NCBI GenBank assembly: GCA_964438865.1
Contig: CAYTMI010000015.1
Coordinates: forward strand, 1 to 64,000
Direction: 5' to 3'
DNA from: an uncultured Anaerolineaceae bacterium
Lineage (GTDB): Bacteria > Chloroflexota > Dehalococcoidia > Tepidiformales > Tepidiformaceae
DNA: 64,000 nt
The notes beneath the pieces are model-generated. The model did not search any database, was not told where the DNA came from, and worked only from the letters and a program-made list of their open reading frames with translations. Below are positions 1 to 11,287 of this stretch, one piece after another (positions within the stretch are counted from its first letter, which is position 1; each line of letters opens with the position of its first letter). The position numbers were made by a program, and so were the translations under genes.

Positions 1-59
1 CTATCCGCGAAGGCGGGCGCACCGTCGGCGCCGGCGTCGCCGTCAAAATCATCGCCTAG
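1..59 (+). CDS. tuf: Elongation factor Tu, 3' terminal fragment (partial, runs off window start)
   Basis: Frame 3 translates to ...[18 protein letters not shown], the conserved EF-Tu C-terminus. It lies 26 bp upstream of rpsJ, as in the canonical tuf-S10 arrangement. Confidence 0.85.
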   Translation, partial: IREGGRTVGAGVAVKIIA

Positions 60-85
60 AACGGTCGGGACCGAGGAGACGGCAC

Positions 86-394
86 ATGGCACGCCAACAG
101 ATACGGATCAAGTTGAAGGCATACGACCACCGCCTGCTCGACCAGTCGGCCCGGCAGATCGTCGAGGCGGCAGAGCGCACGGGTGCGGCGGTGGCCGGCC
201 CGGTGCCGCTGCCCACGTCGATCGACAAGTACTGCGTCATCCGCAGCCCGCACATCTATAAGGACTCCCGCGAGCAGTTCGAAATTCGGACGCACCGGCG
301 CCTTATTGACATCCTGGAGCCCACCTCCAAGACCGTCGACACGCTGATGCGGCTCCAATTGCCGAGCGGCGTAGACATTGAAATCAAGCTGTAA
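86..394 (+). CDS. rpsJ: 30S ribosomal protein S10
   Basis: 102 aa, [21 protein letters not shown]... matches the S10 family. First gene of the S10 operon. Confidence 0.95.
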   Translation: MARQQIRIKLKAYDHRLLDQSARQIVEAAERTGAAVAGPVPLPTSIDKYCVIRSPHIYKDSREQFEIRTHRRLIDILEPTSKTVDTLMRLQLPSGVDIEIKL

Positions 395-399
395 CTGCC

Positions 400-1032
400 A
401 TGAGTATCGAAGGACTTCTGGGGCGAAAGCTGGGCACGGTGCAGGTGTTCGACGACCGGGGACGGTTGCGCGGCGCCACGGCCGTGCAGGTTGGCCCCTG
501 TTACGTGACCCAGATCCGCACGCCTGAGCGTGAGGGATACAGCGCCGTCCAGATCGGCTTCGACGAAGTGAAGAAGCTGACCCGGCCGGAAGCTGGCCAC
601 CTTCGCGCGGCCGGCAACCTGAAACTCCGCCACCTGGCGGAATTCGACGCCCGCGGAGCCGCCTACACCGTGGGCGACAAGCTCGGCGCTGAACTCTTCG
701 AACCCGGCCAGAAGGTGGACGTGACCGCCAACTCAAAGGGCCGCGGCTTCCAGGGCGGCGTTCGCCGGCACAACTTCGCCGGCGGACCCAAGACGCACGG
801 CCAGAGTGACCGGCATCGCGGGCCCGGCTCCATCGGTTCGGGCACCACCCCCGGCCGCGTCCATAAGGGGACTCGCATGGCGGGCCACATGGGCGCGGAG
901 CGGACCACTGTGCGGAATCTCGAAATCATCTCCCGCAACGACGAAGCGGGCGTGCTTTTCGTGGCAGGCTCCATCCCCGGCCCGCAGGGCGGGCTGGTGC
1001 GCGTACGCCAGGCAAAGAAGGTATCGAAATGA
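400..1032 (+). CDS. rplC: 50S ribosomal protein L3
   Basis: 210 aa with conserved L3 motifs ([27 protein letters not shown]). Operon position supports the call. Confidence 0.95.
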   Translation: MSIEGLLGRKLGTVQVFDDRGRLRGATAVQVGPCYVTQIRTPEREGYSAVQIGFDEVKKLTRPEAGHLRAAGNLKLRHLAEFDARGAAYTVGDKLGAELFEPGQKVDVTANSKGRGFQGGVRRHNFAGGPKTHGQSDRHRGPGSIGSGTTPGRVHKGTRMAGHMGAERTTVRNLEIISRNDEAGVLFVAGSIPGPQGGLVRVRQAKKVSK

Positions 1033-1697
1033 AACTGACTGTCTTCGATACCACCGGCAAGGCTGTCCGCGAAATCGACGTTGCTGACGACGTGTTCGGG
1101 ATCGAACCCAACCGCGCCGTCCTCCACCAGGCCTACGTGACGCTGATGGGCAACCGCCGGTCTGGCGGCGCCCACACCCTCCGCCGCGGCGAAGTCGAAG
1201 GTTCGACGGTTAAGACGCGCCGCCAGAAGGGCCTCGGCCGTTCCCGGCAGGGCGGCCTCCGGGCATCGCACCACGTTGGTGGTGGCGTTGCCCACGGGCC
1301 CCGGCCGCACAGCTTCGTGAAGGGCTTCCCCCGCCAGATGGGCCGTCTCGCGCTGCGTTCGGCGCTGAGCAGCCACGCGACCGGCGGCAGCCTGAAGGTC
1401 GTCGATGGGCTCGCGCCGGCTGAGGTCAAGACCAAGACGGTCGTCGCGCTGCTGCAGGCGCTCGGCGTTGCCCGCACGGCGCTCATCGTCAGCGGCGACC
1501 ACGAGCCCGAACTCTACCGGGCCGCGCGGAACATCCAGAACGCGAAGGCGCTGCCCGCGCAGACTCTGAACGTGGTGGACATCCTTAACGCCCATACGCT
1601 CGTGATGTCGGAAGAGGCGGTCCGCAAGTGTGAGTCGCTCTGGGGCGGCGCGAACCTGCGTCTTGCCCGGGGCCGGCGCCAGGAGGAGGCCGTCTAA
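1029..1697 (+). CDS. rplD: 50S ribosomal protein L4
   Basis: 222 aa, [13 protein letters not shown]... typical of L4. Overlaps the rplC stop by 4 bp. Confidence 0.93.
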   Translation: MKLTVFDTTGKAVREIDVADDVFGIEPNRAVLHQAYVTLMGNRRSGGAHTLRRGEVEGSTVKTRRQKGLGRSRQGGLRASHHVGGGVAHGPRPHSFVKGFPRQMGRLALRSALSSHATGGSLKVVDGLAPAEVKTKTVVALLQALGVARTALIVSGDHEPELYRAARNIQNAKALPAQTLNVVDILNAHTLVMSEEAVRKCESLWGGANLRLARGRRQEEAV

Positions 1698-1993
1698 TGC
1701 CGAAGGAACTGCACCCCTACGCCGTCCTCCTGCGGCCCATCATCACGGAGAAGACGACGGTCCTCACCGGCCTCGACAAGTACGTCTTCGAAGTGGACAT
1801 CCGCGCGAACAAGAACCAGATCAAGGAAGCGGTGGAGCTCGCCTTCAGCGTGCGCGTTTCGGACGTGAACACGATGAAGGTGAAGGGCAAGCCGCGGCGC
1901 TTCGGCCGCAAGGTGACGAATCGCCCTGACTGGAAGAAGGCCGTCGTGACCCTCGTCGCGGGCGACAAGATCGAACTCTTCGAGGGGATCTAG
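1697..1993 (+). CDS. rplW: 50S ribosomal protein L23
   Basis: 98 aa; the ...RPIITEKT... motif and operon order support the call. Confidence 0.93.
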   Translation: MPKELHPYAVLLRPIITEKTTVLTGLDKYVFEVDIRANKNQIKEAVELAFSVRVSDVNTMKVKGKPRRFGRKVTNRPDWKKAVVTLVAGDKIELFEGI

Positions 1994-1995
1994 CC

Positions 1996-2826
1996 ATGCC
2001 GTTGAAGCAATTCAAGCCGACCTCTCCCGGGCGCCGCAACGCCAGCGGCCACACCTTCCAGGAGATCACGAAGAGCAAGCCGGAGAAGTCGCTCACCGAG
2101 TCGCTCCGGAAGAAGCACGCTGGCCGCAACAACCAGGGACGGATCACGGTCCGGCACCGTGGTGGCGGCGCGAAGCGGCTCTACCGGATCATCGACTGGC
2201 GGCGTGACAAGGCAGGCATTCCGGCCCGCGTCGTCGCGATCGAATATGACCCAAACCGCACGGCCCGCATTGCCCTTCTCCAGTACGCCGACGGTGAAAA
2301 GCGCTACATCCTCGCCCCGAACGGACTTGGCGTGGGCGCCGCACTGCTGAGCGGGCCCCAGGCGGAAGTCCGGGTGGGCAACACCCTCCCGCTCGGGCGC
2401 CTGCCGACTGGCACGCAGGTGCACAACATCGAACTGACGCCGGGCAAGGGCGGCCAGATGGTCCGCAGTGCCGGGACATCCGCGCAGCTGATGGCGAAGG
2501 AAGGCGACTACGCGCTCGTCCGTCTCCCCAGCGGCGAAATGCGCCGGGTCCGGATCGAATGTGTGGCGACGGTGGGCCAGGTCGGCAACATCGAACACTC
2601 GCTGATCAAGCTCGGGAAGGCCGGGCGGACACGCCATCGCGGGCGCCGGCCACAGGTCCGCGGCTCGGTGATGAACCCGCGCGACCATCCTCACGGCGGT
2701 GGCGAAGGCCGTGCCCCCGTGGGCATGCCGGGTCCGAAGACTCCCTGGGGCAAGCCCGCGCTTGGCTATCGCACCCGCAACAACAAGCGCACCAACCAAT
2801 TCATCGCCCGCCGGCGAACCAAGTAG
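1996..2826 (+). CDS. rplB: 50S ribosomal protein L2
   Basis: 276 aa with [16 protein letters not shown] and [15 protein letters not shown], the conserved L2 signatures. Confidence 0.96.
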   Translation: MPLKQFKPTSPGRRNASGHTFQEITKSKPEKSLTESLRKKHAGRNNQGRITVRHRGGGAKRLYRIIDWRRDKAGIPARVVAIEYDPNRTARIALLQYADGEKRYILAPNGLGVGAALLSGPQAEVRVGNTLPLGRLPTGTQVHNIELTPGKGGQMVRSAGTSAQLMAKEGDYALVRLPSGEMRRVRIECVATVGQVGNIEHSLIKLGKAGRTRHRGRRPQVRGSVMNPRDHPHGGGEGRAPVGMPGPKTPWGKPALGYRTRNNKRTNQFIARRRTK

Positions 2827-2835
2827 GAGTAGGCG

Positions 2836-3123
2836 ATGTCACGCTCTATCAAGAAGGGCCCCTTCGTCCACCCTTCGCTCGAGAAGAAGATCTTCTCGCT
2901 GCGTAATGCCAGCCCGAAGCCGTTGATCAAGACCTGGTCGCGGGCTTCGACCATCCTGCCAGACATGATCGGCTTCACGATCGGCGTGCATGACGGGCGG
3001 CGTCACGTGCCCGTGTTCATCACGGAAAACATGGTCGGCCACAAGCTCGGCGAGTTCGCCCTGACCCGGACCTTCCGCGGTCACATCTCCAAGAGCGACC
3101 GGCAGAGCAAGGTGAGGCGCTGA
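2836..3123 (+). CDS. rpsS: 30S ribosomal protein S19
   Basis: 95 aa, [11 protein letters not shown]... and GHKLGEFA motif. Confidence 0.95.
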   Translation: MSRSIKKGPFVHPSLEKKIFSLRNASPKPLIKTWSRASTILPDMIGFTIGVHDGRRHVPVFITENMVGHKLGEFALTRTFRGHISKSDRQSKVRR

Positions 3124-3125
3124 CC

Positions 3126-3464
3126 ATGGAAGTTCGAGCCTCGGCCCGTGACCTGGGCACATCTTCGCGGAAGATCCGCCTCATCCTCGAACGGCTGCCG
3201 GGGCTGAGCGTGGACCAGGCGCTTTCGCTGCTTCGCTACGTACAGTCGCCGCACGCGCGGTCGGTTTCCAAGGTTGTCCTTTCGGCCGCTTCGAACGCCG
3301 AAAACAACTTCGACATAGACGTGGACGACCTCGTCATCAAGCGGGCTTTTGCCGACGAAGGGCGCACTCAGAAGCGCTTCCGTCCCCGTTCGCGGGGACG
3401 CGTCAGCCCGATCCTGAAGCGGTCCACCCACATCACCATCATCCTCGACGAACGGGGGGCGTAA
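3126..3464 (+). CDS. rplV: 50S ribosomal protein L22
   Basis: 112 aa; follows S19 in the operon with an L22-like sequence. Confidence 0.92.
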   Translation: MEVRASARDLGTSSRKIRLILERLPGLSVDQALSLLRYVQSPHARSVSKVVLSAASNAENNFDIDVDDLVIKRAFADEGRTQKRFRPRSRGRVSPILKRSTHITIILDERGA

Positions 3465-3467
3465 GAC

Positions 3468-4274
3468 ATGGGACAGAAGGTACACCCCCACGGTTTCAGG
3501 TTGGGGATCATCTACGACTGGGAGTCCAAGTGGTTCGCGGAACGTGACTACACGACGCGGCTCCACCAGGACCTCGACCTCCGCGCCTTCGTGCTGCGGG
3601 AACTGCCCGACGCGAGCATCAGCCATGTGGAGATCGACCGGAACGCGAACCTGGTCACGATCACCATCCACACGGCCAAGCCGGGGATCGTCATCGGGCG
3701 CGGCGGGCAGAAGGTGGAAGAGCTTCGGAATTCGCTGGAGCGCCACACCGGCGGCCGGGTCCGCTTGAACATCCAGGAGATTCGCACCCCGGAACTCGAC
3801 GCCTACCTGGTGGCGCGTTCGGTTGCGGACCAGCTGGAGCGCCGCGTCGCCTTCCGTCGCGCGGTCAAGCAGTCGGTCCAGCGGACCATGCAGCGGGGCG
3901 CCCTCGGAGTCCGCGTTGCTGTCGCCGGGCGCCTTGGCGGGGCCGAAATGTCCCGTCGCGAATCGGAGACATCCGGCCGGGTGCCGCGGCACACGCTGCG
4001 GGCCAACATCGATTACGGGCTCGCGGAAGCGCACACGACCTTCGGGAGCATCGGCGTGAAGGTCTGGATCTACAAGGGGGACATCCTGCGGGAGGTCCGC
4101 CAGGAGCGCGTCGTGGCTGAAGAGCCGGCCGAGGCGCATGCCCCCGCTGCTCGCCTGGCAGCCGAAACCACGGCTGCGGAAGCGGCGGCGATGGCAGCGG
4201 CCCCTGGCCACACTGCGATCACGATGGAACAGCAGGCTGCCGTGCAGCGCGAAGCCCAAGAAGGGGGCGAGTAG
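3468..4274 (+). CDS. rpsC: 30S ribosomal protein S3 (with Ala/Glu-rich C-terminal tail)
   Basis: 268 aa, [13 protein letters not shown]... and [10 protein letters not shown] (KH domain) motifs. Confidence 0.95.
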   Translation: MGQKVHPHGFRLGIIYDWESKWFAERDYTTRLHQDLDLRAFVLRELPDASISHVEIDRNANLVTITIHTAKPGIVIGRGGQKVEELRNSLERHTGGRVRLNIQEIRTPELDAYLVARSVADQLERRVAFRRAVKQSVQRTMQRGALGVRVAVAGRLGGAEMSRRESETSGRVPRHTLRANIDYGLAEAHTTFGSIGVKVWIYKGDILREVRQERVVAEEPAEAHAPAARLAAETTAAEAAAMAAAPGHTAITMEQQAAVQREAQEGGE

Positions 4275-4276
4275 CC

Positions 4277-4696
4277 ATGCTCCAGCCCCGAAGGGTTAAG
4301 CATCGTAAGCAGCATCGCGGCCGCCGTTCGGGCCAGGCGCTGACGGGGAACTTCGTCGCTTTCGGTGAATTCGGCCTGCAGGCGCAGGGTGCGGCGTGGG
4401 TCGACTCCCGCCACATCGAAAGCGCCCGCCGCGCCATTACGCATGAAATGAAGCGCGGCGGCAAGGTCTGGATTCGCATCTTCCCCGACAAGCCGGTGAC
4501 GGCGAAGCCCGCCGAAACCCGCATGGGCTCGGGCAAGGGCGCCCCGGACCGGTGGGTGGCCGTGGTCAAGCCGAACCGGATGATGTTCGAAGTAGCGGGC
4601 GTGCCGGAGCCGGTGGCGCGCGAGGCACTTCGCCTGGCCGCCCACAAACTGCCGCTGCCGACAAAGATCGTCCAGCGCGACGAGATGGTGGTGTAG
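4277..4696 (+). CDS. rplP: 50S ribosomal protein L16
   Basis: 139 aa, [15 protein letters not shown].. typical L16 N-terminus. Confidence 0.95.
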   Translation: MLQPRRVKHRKQHRGRRSGQALTGNFVAFGEFGLQAQGAAWVDSRHIESARRAITHEMKRGGKVWIRIFPDKPVTAKPAETRMGSGKGAPDRWVAVVKPNRMMFEVAGVPEPVAREALRLAAHKLPLPTKIVQRDEMVV

Positions 4697-4698
4697 CG

Positions 4699-4914
4699 AT
4701 GGCAAAGGCAAAAGCGGAAGACCTTCGCCGCCTGGACGACCAGCGGCTGAACCACGAGATCAATGAGGCCTATCGTGCCCTCTTCACGCTGCGGTTTCAG
4801 CATGCCAGCCGGCAGCTGCAGAACTACCGCGAACTCCGCAACGCGCGTCGCAAGATCGCCCAGTTGCGGACGGTGAAGCGGGAACGCGAGCTGGCAGCAG
4901 CGATGGAGGGATAA
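4699..4914 (+). CDS. rpmC: 50S ribosomal protein L29
   Basis: ATG at 4699, 2 bp after the rplP stop. 71 aa, [34 protein letters not shown]... L29 family. The six-frame ORF starts earlier but the upstream part overlaps rplP. Confidence 0.9.
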   Translation: MAKAKAEDLRRLDDQRLNHEINEAYRALFTLRFQHASRQLQNYRELRNARRKIAQLRTVKRERELAAAMEG

Positions 4915-4916
4915 CG

Positions 4917-5246
4917 ATGGGCCAGCAGCGAGTGATCCAGGGGACTGTGGTCTCCAACAAGATGGACAAGACGGTCGTGGTGACGGTGGAGCGACGCAAG
5001 AAGCACCGCCTCTACCACAAGGTCATGTCGGTCACCCAGCGCTACAAGGCGCACGACGAAGCGAACGCCTGCCAACTGGGCGACCTTGTCCGGATCGTGG
5101 AGTGCCGCCCGATGTCCAAGGAGAAGCGCTGGCGGGTCATCGAAGTGCTGACTCGCGGTGACGTTGCCGATATCGCCCCCGAAACGATCGGACGCGACAT
5201 TGAGAAGACGGCGCAGGCTGCGCCAAAGGCGGAGGGCCAGGCGTGA
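4917..5246 (+). CDS. rpsQ: 30S ribosomal protein S17 (about 25-aa C-terminal extension)
   Basis: 109 aa; [18 protein letters not shown]...HDE motif typical of S17, with an extra tail. Confidence 0.93.
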   Translation: MGQQRVIQGTVVSNKMDKTVVVTVERRKKHRLYHKVMSVTQRYKAHDEANACQLGDLVRIVECRPMSKEKRWRVIEVLTRGDVADIAPETIGRDIEKTAQAAPKAEGQA

Positions 5247-5614
5247 TCCAGCAGGAAACCCGGCTCAAAGTGGCCGACAATTCAGGCGCGCGGTCGCTGC
5301 TCTGCATCCGCGTGCTCGGCGGCAGCCGCCGGCGCTATGCCCGCCCGGGCGACATCATCGTCGCCAGCGTGAAGGTGGCCCAGCCGAATTCGAACGTAAA
5401 GAAGGGCGACGTGGTGAAAGCCGTCGTCGTCCGGGTGACGAAGGAATACGGCCGTCCCGACGGCTCGTACATTCGCTTCGACGAAAACGCGGCGGTGCTC
5501 CTGGCTCCCGATGGCGAGAACCCCCGGGGGACGCGGATCTTCGGGCCTGTTGCCCGCGAGCTTCGCGACCGCAACTTCATGAAGATCGTCTCGCTCGCTC
5601 CGGAGGTGCTGTAG
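5243..5614 (+). CDS. rplN: 50S ribosomal protein L14
   Basis: 123 aa, [17 protein letters not shown]... canonical L14. Confidence 0.96.
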   Translation: MIQQETRLKVADNSGARSLLCIRVLGGSRRRYARPGDIIVASVKVAQPNSNVKKGDVVKAVVVRVTKEYGRPDGSYIRFDENAAVLLAPDGENPRGTRIFGPVARELRDRNFMKIVSLAPEVL

Positions 5615-5931
5615 TGCCTGCGAAGATCAAGCGGGGCGACACGGTGGTCGTCATCGCCGGGAAGGACAAGGGCAAGCGGGGGACGGTCCGCCGCGTGGTC
5701 AACAAGTTCGACCGGGTTGTGGTGGAGGGCGTGAACATGGTGAAGAAGCATCAGCGTGCCCGCCGCCAGGGCCAGGCTTCGGAGATCATCGAACGCGAAG
5801 CCCCGCTGCACATCAGCAACGTGATGCTCATCGACCCGAACAGCAACCAGCCGACGCGCGTCACCTTCCGGCGGCGCGACGATGGCACGATGGTGCGGGT
5901 CGGCAAGCGAAGCGGAGAGGACATCGAATAA
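5614..5931 (+). CDS. rplX: 50S ribosomal protein L24
   Basis: GTG start at 5614, overlapping the rplN stop (tAGTG). 105 aa, [25 protein letters not shown]... (KOW motif). The six-frame ORF 5158..5931 over-extends upstream. Confidence 0.9.
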   Translation: MPAKIKRGDTVVVIAGKDKGKRGTVRRVVNKFDRVVVEGVNMVKKHQRARRQGQASEIIEREAPLHISNVMLIDPNSNQPTRVTFRRRDDGTMVRVGKRSGEDIE

Positions 5932-6476
5932 TGCCGCCGCGAATGAAAGACAAGTACGAAGGTGAAGTGCTGCCGGCGCTCCGCGAGCAGTTTCAGTATG
6001 GCAACGTCATGCAGGTGCCGAAGGTGACGAAGGTCGTCGTGAACATCGGCATGGGCGAGGCGCTGACCGACGCGAACGCGCTCGACAAGGCCGCGGACGA
6101 CGTGGCGGCAATCACGGGGCAGAAGCCGATCATCAACCGCGCCAAGAAGTCGATCGCGAACTTCCGCCTGCGCGAAGGCAACCCGATCGGCGTTTCCGCG
6201 ACCCTCCGGGGGCCGCGGATGTACGAATTTATCGACAGGCTCATCAGCGCGGCGCTGCCCCGCATCCGCGACTTCCAGGGCCTGAACCCGAACGCGTTCG
6301 ACGGCCGAGGCAACTACAGCCTTGGCCTGAGGGAACAGTTGATCTTCCCGGAGATCGACTACGACAAGGTGGACAAGGTGCGCGGTCTCCAGGTCACGAT
6401 TGTGACCACGGCCCGCACGGACGAAGAAGGACGGCGCCTGCTCGAGTTGATGGGCATGCCGTTCAAAAAGAACTAG
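5931..6476 (+). CDS. rplE: 50S ribosomal protein L5
   Basis: 181 aa, ...[22 protein letters not shown]... typical L5. Confidence 0.95.
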   Translation: MPPRMKDKYEGEVLPALREQFQYGNVMQVPKVTKVVVNIGMGEALTDANALDKAADDVAAITGQKPIINRAKKSIANFRLREGNPIGVSATLRGPRMYEFIDRLISAALPRIRDFQGLNPNAFDGRGNYSLGLREQLIFPEIDYDKVDKVRGLQVTIVTTARTDEEGRRLLELMGMPFKKN

Positions 6477-6485
6477 GAGGCGCAG

Positions 6486-6791
6486 GTGGCTTCGAAAGGC
6501 ATCATCAACCGGGACCAGCGCCGCCGCGAGCTGCACCAGAAGTACGCGGCGCGTCGCGCGGAGCTGAAGAAGGAACTGAAGAAGGCATGGGGCGACCCGG
6601 ACACCGTCGCCCAGCTGTACGCCGAACTTCGGAAGCTTCCGCTCAACAGCAGCCCGACCCGCCTCCACAACCGGGACATCGTTACCGGGCGGCCGAAGGG
6701 GTACATCCGTAAGTTCGGCCTGTCCCGCATCACAATGCGAGAACTCGCGCACAAGGGCATGCTCCCTGGCGTGACCAAGTCCAGCTGGTAA
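6486..6791 (+). CDS. rpsN: 30S ribosomal protein S14 (long, non-zinc type, 101 aa)
   Basis: GTG start; ...[41 protein letters not shown], the S14 C-terminal signature. Confidence 0.92.
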   Translation: MASKGIINRDQRRRELHQKYAARRAELKKELKKAWGDPDTVAQLYAELRKLPLNSSPTRLHNRDIVTGRPKGYIRKFGLSRITMRELAHKGMLPGVTKSSW

Positions 6792-6823
6792 GTGCGGAAG
6801 CAAACGCCAGAGGGGAATGAATA

Positions 6824-7228
6824 ATGAGTATGACTGACCCGGTCGCCGACATGTTGACCCGCATCCGCAACGCTTCGTCGTCGCGGCACGATGCGGTGCT
6901 CATCCCGGCTTCAAAGATGAAGGTGGCAATTGCCAGGGTCCTCAAGGACGAGGGGTTCATCCGCGACTTCACGGTCGTGGAGGAAGAAGGCAAGCCGCAG
7001 CCGAACCTGAAGGTGGAGCTGAGCTACGGCGGCCGCAAGCAGCCGGTGCTCACGGGCCTCCAGCGAGTGAGCAAGCCTGGCCTGCGCGTCTATGTGCAGC
7101 GCCGGGAGATCCCTCGCGTGTACGGCGGCCTCGGCATCGCCATCCTTTCGACGCCCAAGGGCATCATGACGGGGCAGGAGGCCCGCCGCCAACTTCTTGG
7201 CGGCGAAGTCCTCTGCTACGTCTGGTAG
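6824..7228 (+). CDS. rpsH: 30S ribosomal protein S8
   Basis: 134 aa, [17 protein letters not shown]... S8 signature. Confidence 0.95.
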   Translation: MSMTDPVADMLTRIRNASSSRHDAVLIPASKMKVAIARVLKDEGFIRDFTVVEEEGKPQPNLKVELSYGGRKQPVLTGLQRVSKPGLRVYVQRREIPRVYGGLGIAILSTPKGIMTGQEARRQLLGGEVLCYVW

Positions 7229-7239
7229 GGGAGGAAGCC

Positions 7240-7785
7240 ATGTCTCGAATTGGCCGCCAACCCGTCCTCGTGGCGTCGGACGTTGAGGTCACCCTCGGCG
7301 ATGGCAACCTGGTGACTGTGAAGGGCCCGAAGGGTCAGCTCCAGCGCCAGTTCCCGCTGACGATGACCTTCACCCGCGAAGACGACCGGATCGTCGTCAC
7401 TCGCCCGAACGACGAAGGCAAGCAGCGAGCCCTCCACGGGCTTTCCCGCTCGCTTCTCAACAACATGGTCACGGGCGTGACCACGGGCTTCACGAAGACG
7501 CTCGAAGTGCAGGGTGTGGGCTACCGCGCGCAGTTGCAGGGAACAAGCCTGCAACTGGCCCTCGGCTTTTCCCACCCGGTGATCGTGCCGCCGCCGGATG
7601 GCATCTCCTTCGCTCTCGAAGGCCCCCGGGTGCATATCCAGGGGATCGACCGCGAGCAGGTGGGCCAGGTCGCGGCAAACATCCGCAAGCTTCGGCCACC
7701 CGAGCCATACAAGGGCAAGGGCATCCGTTACCAGGGCGAACGCGTTCGCCGCAAGGCTGGCAAGGCCGGGAAGGTGGGCAAGTAA
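7240..7785 (+). CDS. rplF: 50S ribosomal protein L6
   Basis: 181 aa, MSRIGRQPV... two-repeat L6 architecture. Confidence 0.94.
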   Translation: MSRIGRQPVLVASDVEVTLGDGNLVTVKGPKGQLQRQFPLTMTFTREDDRIVVTRPNDEGKQRALHGLSRSLLNNMVTGVTTGFTKTLEVQGVGYRAQLQGTSLQLALGFSHPVIVPPPDGISFALEGPRVHIQGIDREQVGQVAANIRKLRPPEPYKGKGIRYQGERVRRKAGKAGKVGK

Positions 7786-8150
7786 TGAGCAAAGCCACTT
7801 CAACCCTCGCGCGCCAGCGTCGCCACACACGGGTCCGCCGCAAGGTCGCGGGGACGCAGGTGAGGCCGCGGCTGAACGTCTTCCGGAGTTCAACGCACAT
7901 CTACGCCCAGGTCATCGACGACATCGCGGGCCACACCCTTGCGGCGGCGAGCGACGTGGACGCGGGCCTGGCGGCCGAACTCAGCGGTAAGAACAAGACC
8001 GAACGGGCGGCTGCCGTCGGCAAGGCCGTGGCGGAGCGTGCGAAAGCTCGCGGCGTTTCGCTGGTGGTCTTCGACCGCGGAGGCTACCAGTACCATGGCC
8101 GCGTGAAGGCACTCGCCGAAGCCGCACGCGAAGCCGGATTGGGGTTCTAA
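7785..8150 (+). CDS. rplR: 50S ribosomal protein L18
   Basis: 121 aa; [18 protein letters not shown] motif. Confidence 0.94.
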   Translation: MSKATSTLARQRRHTRVRRKVAGTQVRPRLNVFRSSTHIYAQVIDDIAGHTLAAASDVDAGLAAELSGKNKTERAAAVGKAVAERAKARGVSLVVFDRGGYQYHGRVKALAEAAREAGLGF

Positions 8151-8647
8151 TGAGTCACTTCGATCACGGCCAGGAAGAACTGACCGAAAAGGTCATCTAC
8201 ATCAACCGCGTCGCCAAAGTGGTCAAGGGCGGACGCCGGTTCAGCTTCAGCGCGCTCATCGTCGTCGGCGATGGCCAGGGGAGCGTCGGCATCGGCCTCG
8301 GCAAGGCGAACGAAGTGCCGGAAGCGATCCGCAAGGGCGCAACGCTGGCCAAGAAGACCATGGTTCGGATCCCGATGAAGGGCGGCACGATCGCCCACCC
8401 TCTCATGGCGGAATTCGGCGCGGCCAGGGTGATGATGAAGCCGGCCAGCCATGGCACCGGGGTCATCGCCGGCGGTGCCGTCCGGGCGATCATGGAAGCA
8501 GCCGGGATCACGGACATCCTCGCGAAGTCGCTGGGCAGCCGGAACCCGATCAACGTCGCCCGGGCGACGCTGGACGGGCTCGGCACGCTCCGGGATCCCG
8601 AAGGCGCCCGCGCCCGACGGCTGGCGATTTCGCAGGGGGCACGCTAG
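8150..8647 (+). CDS. rpsE: 30S ribosomal protein S5
   Basis: 165 aa; [25 protein letters not shown].. S5 dsRBD-like motif. Confidence 0.95.
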   Translation: MSHFDHGQEELTEKVIYINRVAKVVKGGRRFSFSALIVVGDGQGSVGIGLGKANEVPEAIRKGATLAKKTMVRIPMKGGTIAHPLMAEFGAARVMMKPASHGTGVIAGGAVRAIMEAAGITDILAKSLGSRNPINVARATLDGLGTLRDPEGARARRLAISQGAR

Positions 8648-8649
8648 CC

Positions 8650-8838
8650 ATGGCGACTGTCGACATCACCTGGCGCAAGAGTGCCATCGGCTATAACCGT
8701 GACCAGAAGGACACGATCCGCAAGCTTGGCCTGCGGCGGCTGAACCAGACGGTTTCGCACGAAGATTCGCCCGCGCTGCGGGGGATGATCGGCAAGGTGC
8801 AGCACCTCGTCGCCGTGCGGGAAGGGGATTCGAAATGA
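8650..8838 (+). CDS. rpmD: 50S ribosomal protein L30
   Basis: 62 aa; sits after S5 and before L15; ...[12 protein letters not shown]... motif. Confidence 0.9.
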   Translation: MATVDITWRKSAIGYNRDQKDTIRKLGLRRLNQTVSHEDSPALRGMIGKVQHLVAVREGDSK

Positions 8839-9314
8839 GCCTGGACCCAAGCCAGCTCCGGCCCCCGCAGGGCGCGACGCATGCGAAGAAGCGCGTGGGC
8901 CGCGGCAACTCCAGCGGGCACGGCACCTATTCGGGCAAGGGCCTGAAGGGTCAGAAGTCGCGCAGCGGCAAAGGCGTTCGCCTCGGATTCGAAGGTGGGC
9001 AGATGCCGCTCGCGCGGAAGATGCACGTGCTCCGCGGCTTCAACAACAAGTGGCGGGTGGAATACCAGCCGGTCAATCTGTCGTCCCTCGAGCGCTTCGC
9101 CGATGGGACGGTGGTCACGCCCGAATCCCTCAAGGAGGCGGGTCTGCTTCGCCACCTCCGCGATCCGTTAAAGGTGCTCGCAAGGGGCGAACTCACGAAG
9201 AAGCTCAACGTCACGGCGCACGGTTTCAGTGCGGCGGCGAAGGCTCGGATCGAAGAACTCGGGGGGACGGCGACGCTCGTCGAACCTGAGAACGAAGACG
9301 AGAAGGAAGGCTAA
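8835..9314 (+). CDS. rplO: 50S ribosomal protein L15
   Basis: 159 aa; [27 protein letters not shown] motif. Confidence 0.95.
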   Translation: MSLDPSQLRPPQGATHAKKRVGRGNSSGHGTYSGKGLKGQKSRSGKGVRLGFEGGQMPLARKMHVLRGFNNKWRVEYQPVNLSSLERFADGTVVTPESLKEAGLLRHLRDPLKVLARGELTKKLNVTAHGFSAAAKARIEELGGTATLVEPENEDEKEG

Positions 9315-9317
9315 CGA

Positions 9318-10649
9318 ATGGCGGTCCAGGCGGCGCAACGGCCCCGGCTCCTCCAGGCGATGGTTGACGCTTTCCGGCAGGAAGATGTCCGCCGGAAGCT
9401 GCTCTTCACGCTGGCGATGCTGGTCATCTTCCGCTTCGTCGCCCACGTCCCGATCCCCAATGTGGACCGGGACGCGCTCAAGTCCGCCTTCGACCAGAAC
9501 TCGCTGCTCGACTTCCTCAGCATCTTTTCCGGGGGGGCGCTCCAGAACCTGAGCGTGGCCGCGCTTGGCGTGTACCCCTACATCACGGCCTCGATCATCA
9601 TGCAGATCCTGACCCCGCTGGTGCCGAGCCTGCGTTCGCTCCAGGAAGAGGGGGAACAGGGCCGGCGGCGTGTGCAGCTGTACACGCACTGGCTGGCGGT
9701 GCCTATGGCGTTCGTCCAGGGCTACGGCCAGATTCTGTTCATCAACCAGCAAGGCGGCAACGTCGTTGCCGACTTCGGCTTCCAGAACGACGCCATCGGC
9801 ACCTTCGCGACGCTTTTCACGCTGGCCGCAGGGACCATGTTCCTGGTCTGGCTGGGCGAACTGATCACGGAGCACGGGATCGGCAACGGTGTGTCGATCA
9901 TCATCTTCGGCGGCATTGTCGCGCGGCTCCCTTCGCTCATCCCGAACCTCTCCACCCAGTCGATCATCGGGATCCTGGCGATCGCCGCCTTCGCTATCGG
10001 GCTCACCTACCTGGTGGTGTTCTTCCAGGAGGCGCAGCGGCGCGTCCCGGTGCAATATGCGCGGTCGGCTTTCCGGGGAGGGAGGATGTACCGGCAACAG
10101 GGGCAGAGCCATATCCCGTTGCGGGTGAACATGGCGGGTATGATCCCGCTGATCTTCGCCTTTTCAATCATGCTGCTCCCGGCCACGTTCGCGTCGTATT
10201 TCACCGACGCCGGCGGCTGGGTGGAATCGGTGGCCGACTTCATGGTCGGGCAGTTCCAGGGCGGCCGCGGCGGCGGCGGGACCGGCCCCTACTGGCTCGT
10301 GCTCTTCCTGCTCGTCGTCGTCTTCACCTTCTTCTACACCATGGTCCAGTACCAGCAGCAGCAGATGGCCAAGACGCTCCAGAAGCAGGGGGCATTCATC
10401 CCCGGCATCCGGCCCGGGCCGCCGACGGAGGCGTACCTCATGCGGGTGGTCACGCGGATCACCTGGGCGGGCGCCTTCTTCCTCGGGTTCGTGGCCATCC
10501 TGCCGTTCTTCGTCGGCCTCCTGACGGACGTGCGGGCGCTCACGGTTTCGAGCACGGGCTTCCTGATCGTGGTGGCCGTCGTGTTGGACACGATGAAGCA
10601 GTTGGAAGCGCAGCTGTTGATGCGCAACTACGAGGGGTTCATCCGCTAG
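9318..10649 (+). CDS. secY: Preprotein translocase subunit SecY
   Basis: 443 aa polytopic membrane protein between rplO and adk; conserved SecY segments (GVYPYITASIIMQIL, GIGNGVSIIIF). Confidence 0.95.
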   Translation: MAVQAAQRPRLLQAMVDAFRQEDVRRKLLFTLAMLVIFRFVAHVPIPNVDRDALKSAFDQNSLLDFLSIFSGGALQNLSVAALGVYPYITASIIMQILTPLVPSLRSLQEEGEQGRRRVQLYTHWLAVPMAFVQGYGQILFINQQGGNVVADFGFQNDAIGTFATLFTLAAGTMFLVWLGELITEHGIGNGVSIIIFGGIVARLPSLIPNLSTQSIIGILAIAAFAIGLTYLVVFFQEAQRRVPVQYARSAFRGGRMYRQQGQSHIPLRVNMAGMIPLIFAFSIMLLPATFASYFTDAGGWVESVADFMVGQFQGGRGGGGTGPYWLVLFLLVVVFTFFYTMVQYQQQQMAKTLQKQGAFIPGIRPGPPTEAYLMRVVTRITWAGAFFLGFVAILPFFVGLLTDVRALTVSSTGFLIVVAVVLDTMKQLEAQLLMRNYEGFIR

Positions 10650-11287
10650 TGTTCGTCGTATTGCTTGGACCACCGGGAGCGGGGAAGGGCACCCAGGCGC
10701 AGCGCATCGCCGAGGCGACGAAGCTGCTGCACATCTCCACCGGCGACATGTTCCGGGAGAACGTGAAGAACGAGACGGAGCTCGGGAAGCTCGCGAAGAC
10801 GTTCATGGATCGTGGCGAATTGGTCCCGGACGAAGTTACCATCAGGATGCTGCTCGAACGGATCGGCCGCCCCGGCGCGGCTGCCGGTGTGATGTTCGAT
10901 GGCTTTCCTCGGAACGTCGTGCAGGCCCAGGCGCTCGACGATGCCCTGGCCGCCCGTGGCAACCGAATTGACCGCGCTCTCCTTATCTCCGTACCGGACG
11001 AAGAGCTACTCGCTCGCCTCGGAGGCCGCTGGATCTGCCGCGATTGCGGCCACCTCTACCACGAACGCAACGACCCGCCGAAGACCGCGGGCAAGTGCGA
11101 CCACTGTGGCGGGGAACTCTACCAGCGTGAAGACGACCGCCCGGAAGTGGTGCAGACCCGGCTGGATAAGCAGAAGCCGCCGGCCGCCTTGATCGACCAC
11201 TACCGCGCCGCCGGGTCGCTTCGCGAAATCGATGGCCAGCGTTCCCTCGACGCCGTGACCGCCAGCTTGCTGGAGGCTATCGGCTGA
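10649..11287 (+). CDS. adk: Adenylate kinase (zinc-lid type)
   Basis: 212 aa; GPPGAGKGTQA P-loop; LID with CRDCGHLY...CDHCGGEL Cys4 zinc knuckle. Confidence 0.95.
   Translation: MFVVLLGPPGAGKGTQAQRIAEATKLLHISTGDMFRENVKNETELGKLAKTFMDRGELVPDEVTIRMLLERIGRPGAAAGVMFDGFPRNVVQAQALDDALAARGNRIDRALLISVPDEELLARLGGRWICRDCGHLYHERNDPPKTAGKCDHCGGELYQREDDRPEVVQTRLDKQKPPAALIDHYRAAGSLREIDGQRSLDAVTASLLEAIG

Noticed and set aside
56-4259. Long antisense ORFs overlapping rpsJ to rpsC (for example 56..736, 663..1595, 1990..2799, 3081..4259 on the minus strand)
   Set aside because: They lie opposite universally conserved ribosomal protein genes. The translations are Arg/Pro/Gly-rich low-complexity, typical of stop-codon-poor antisense frames in 68% GC DNA.
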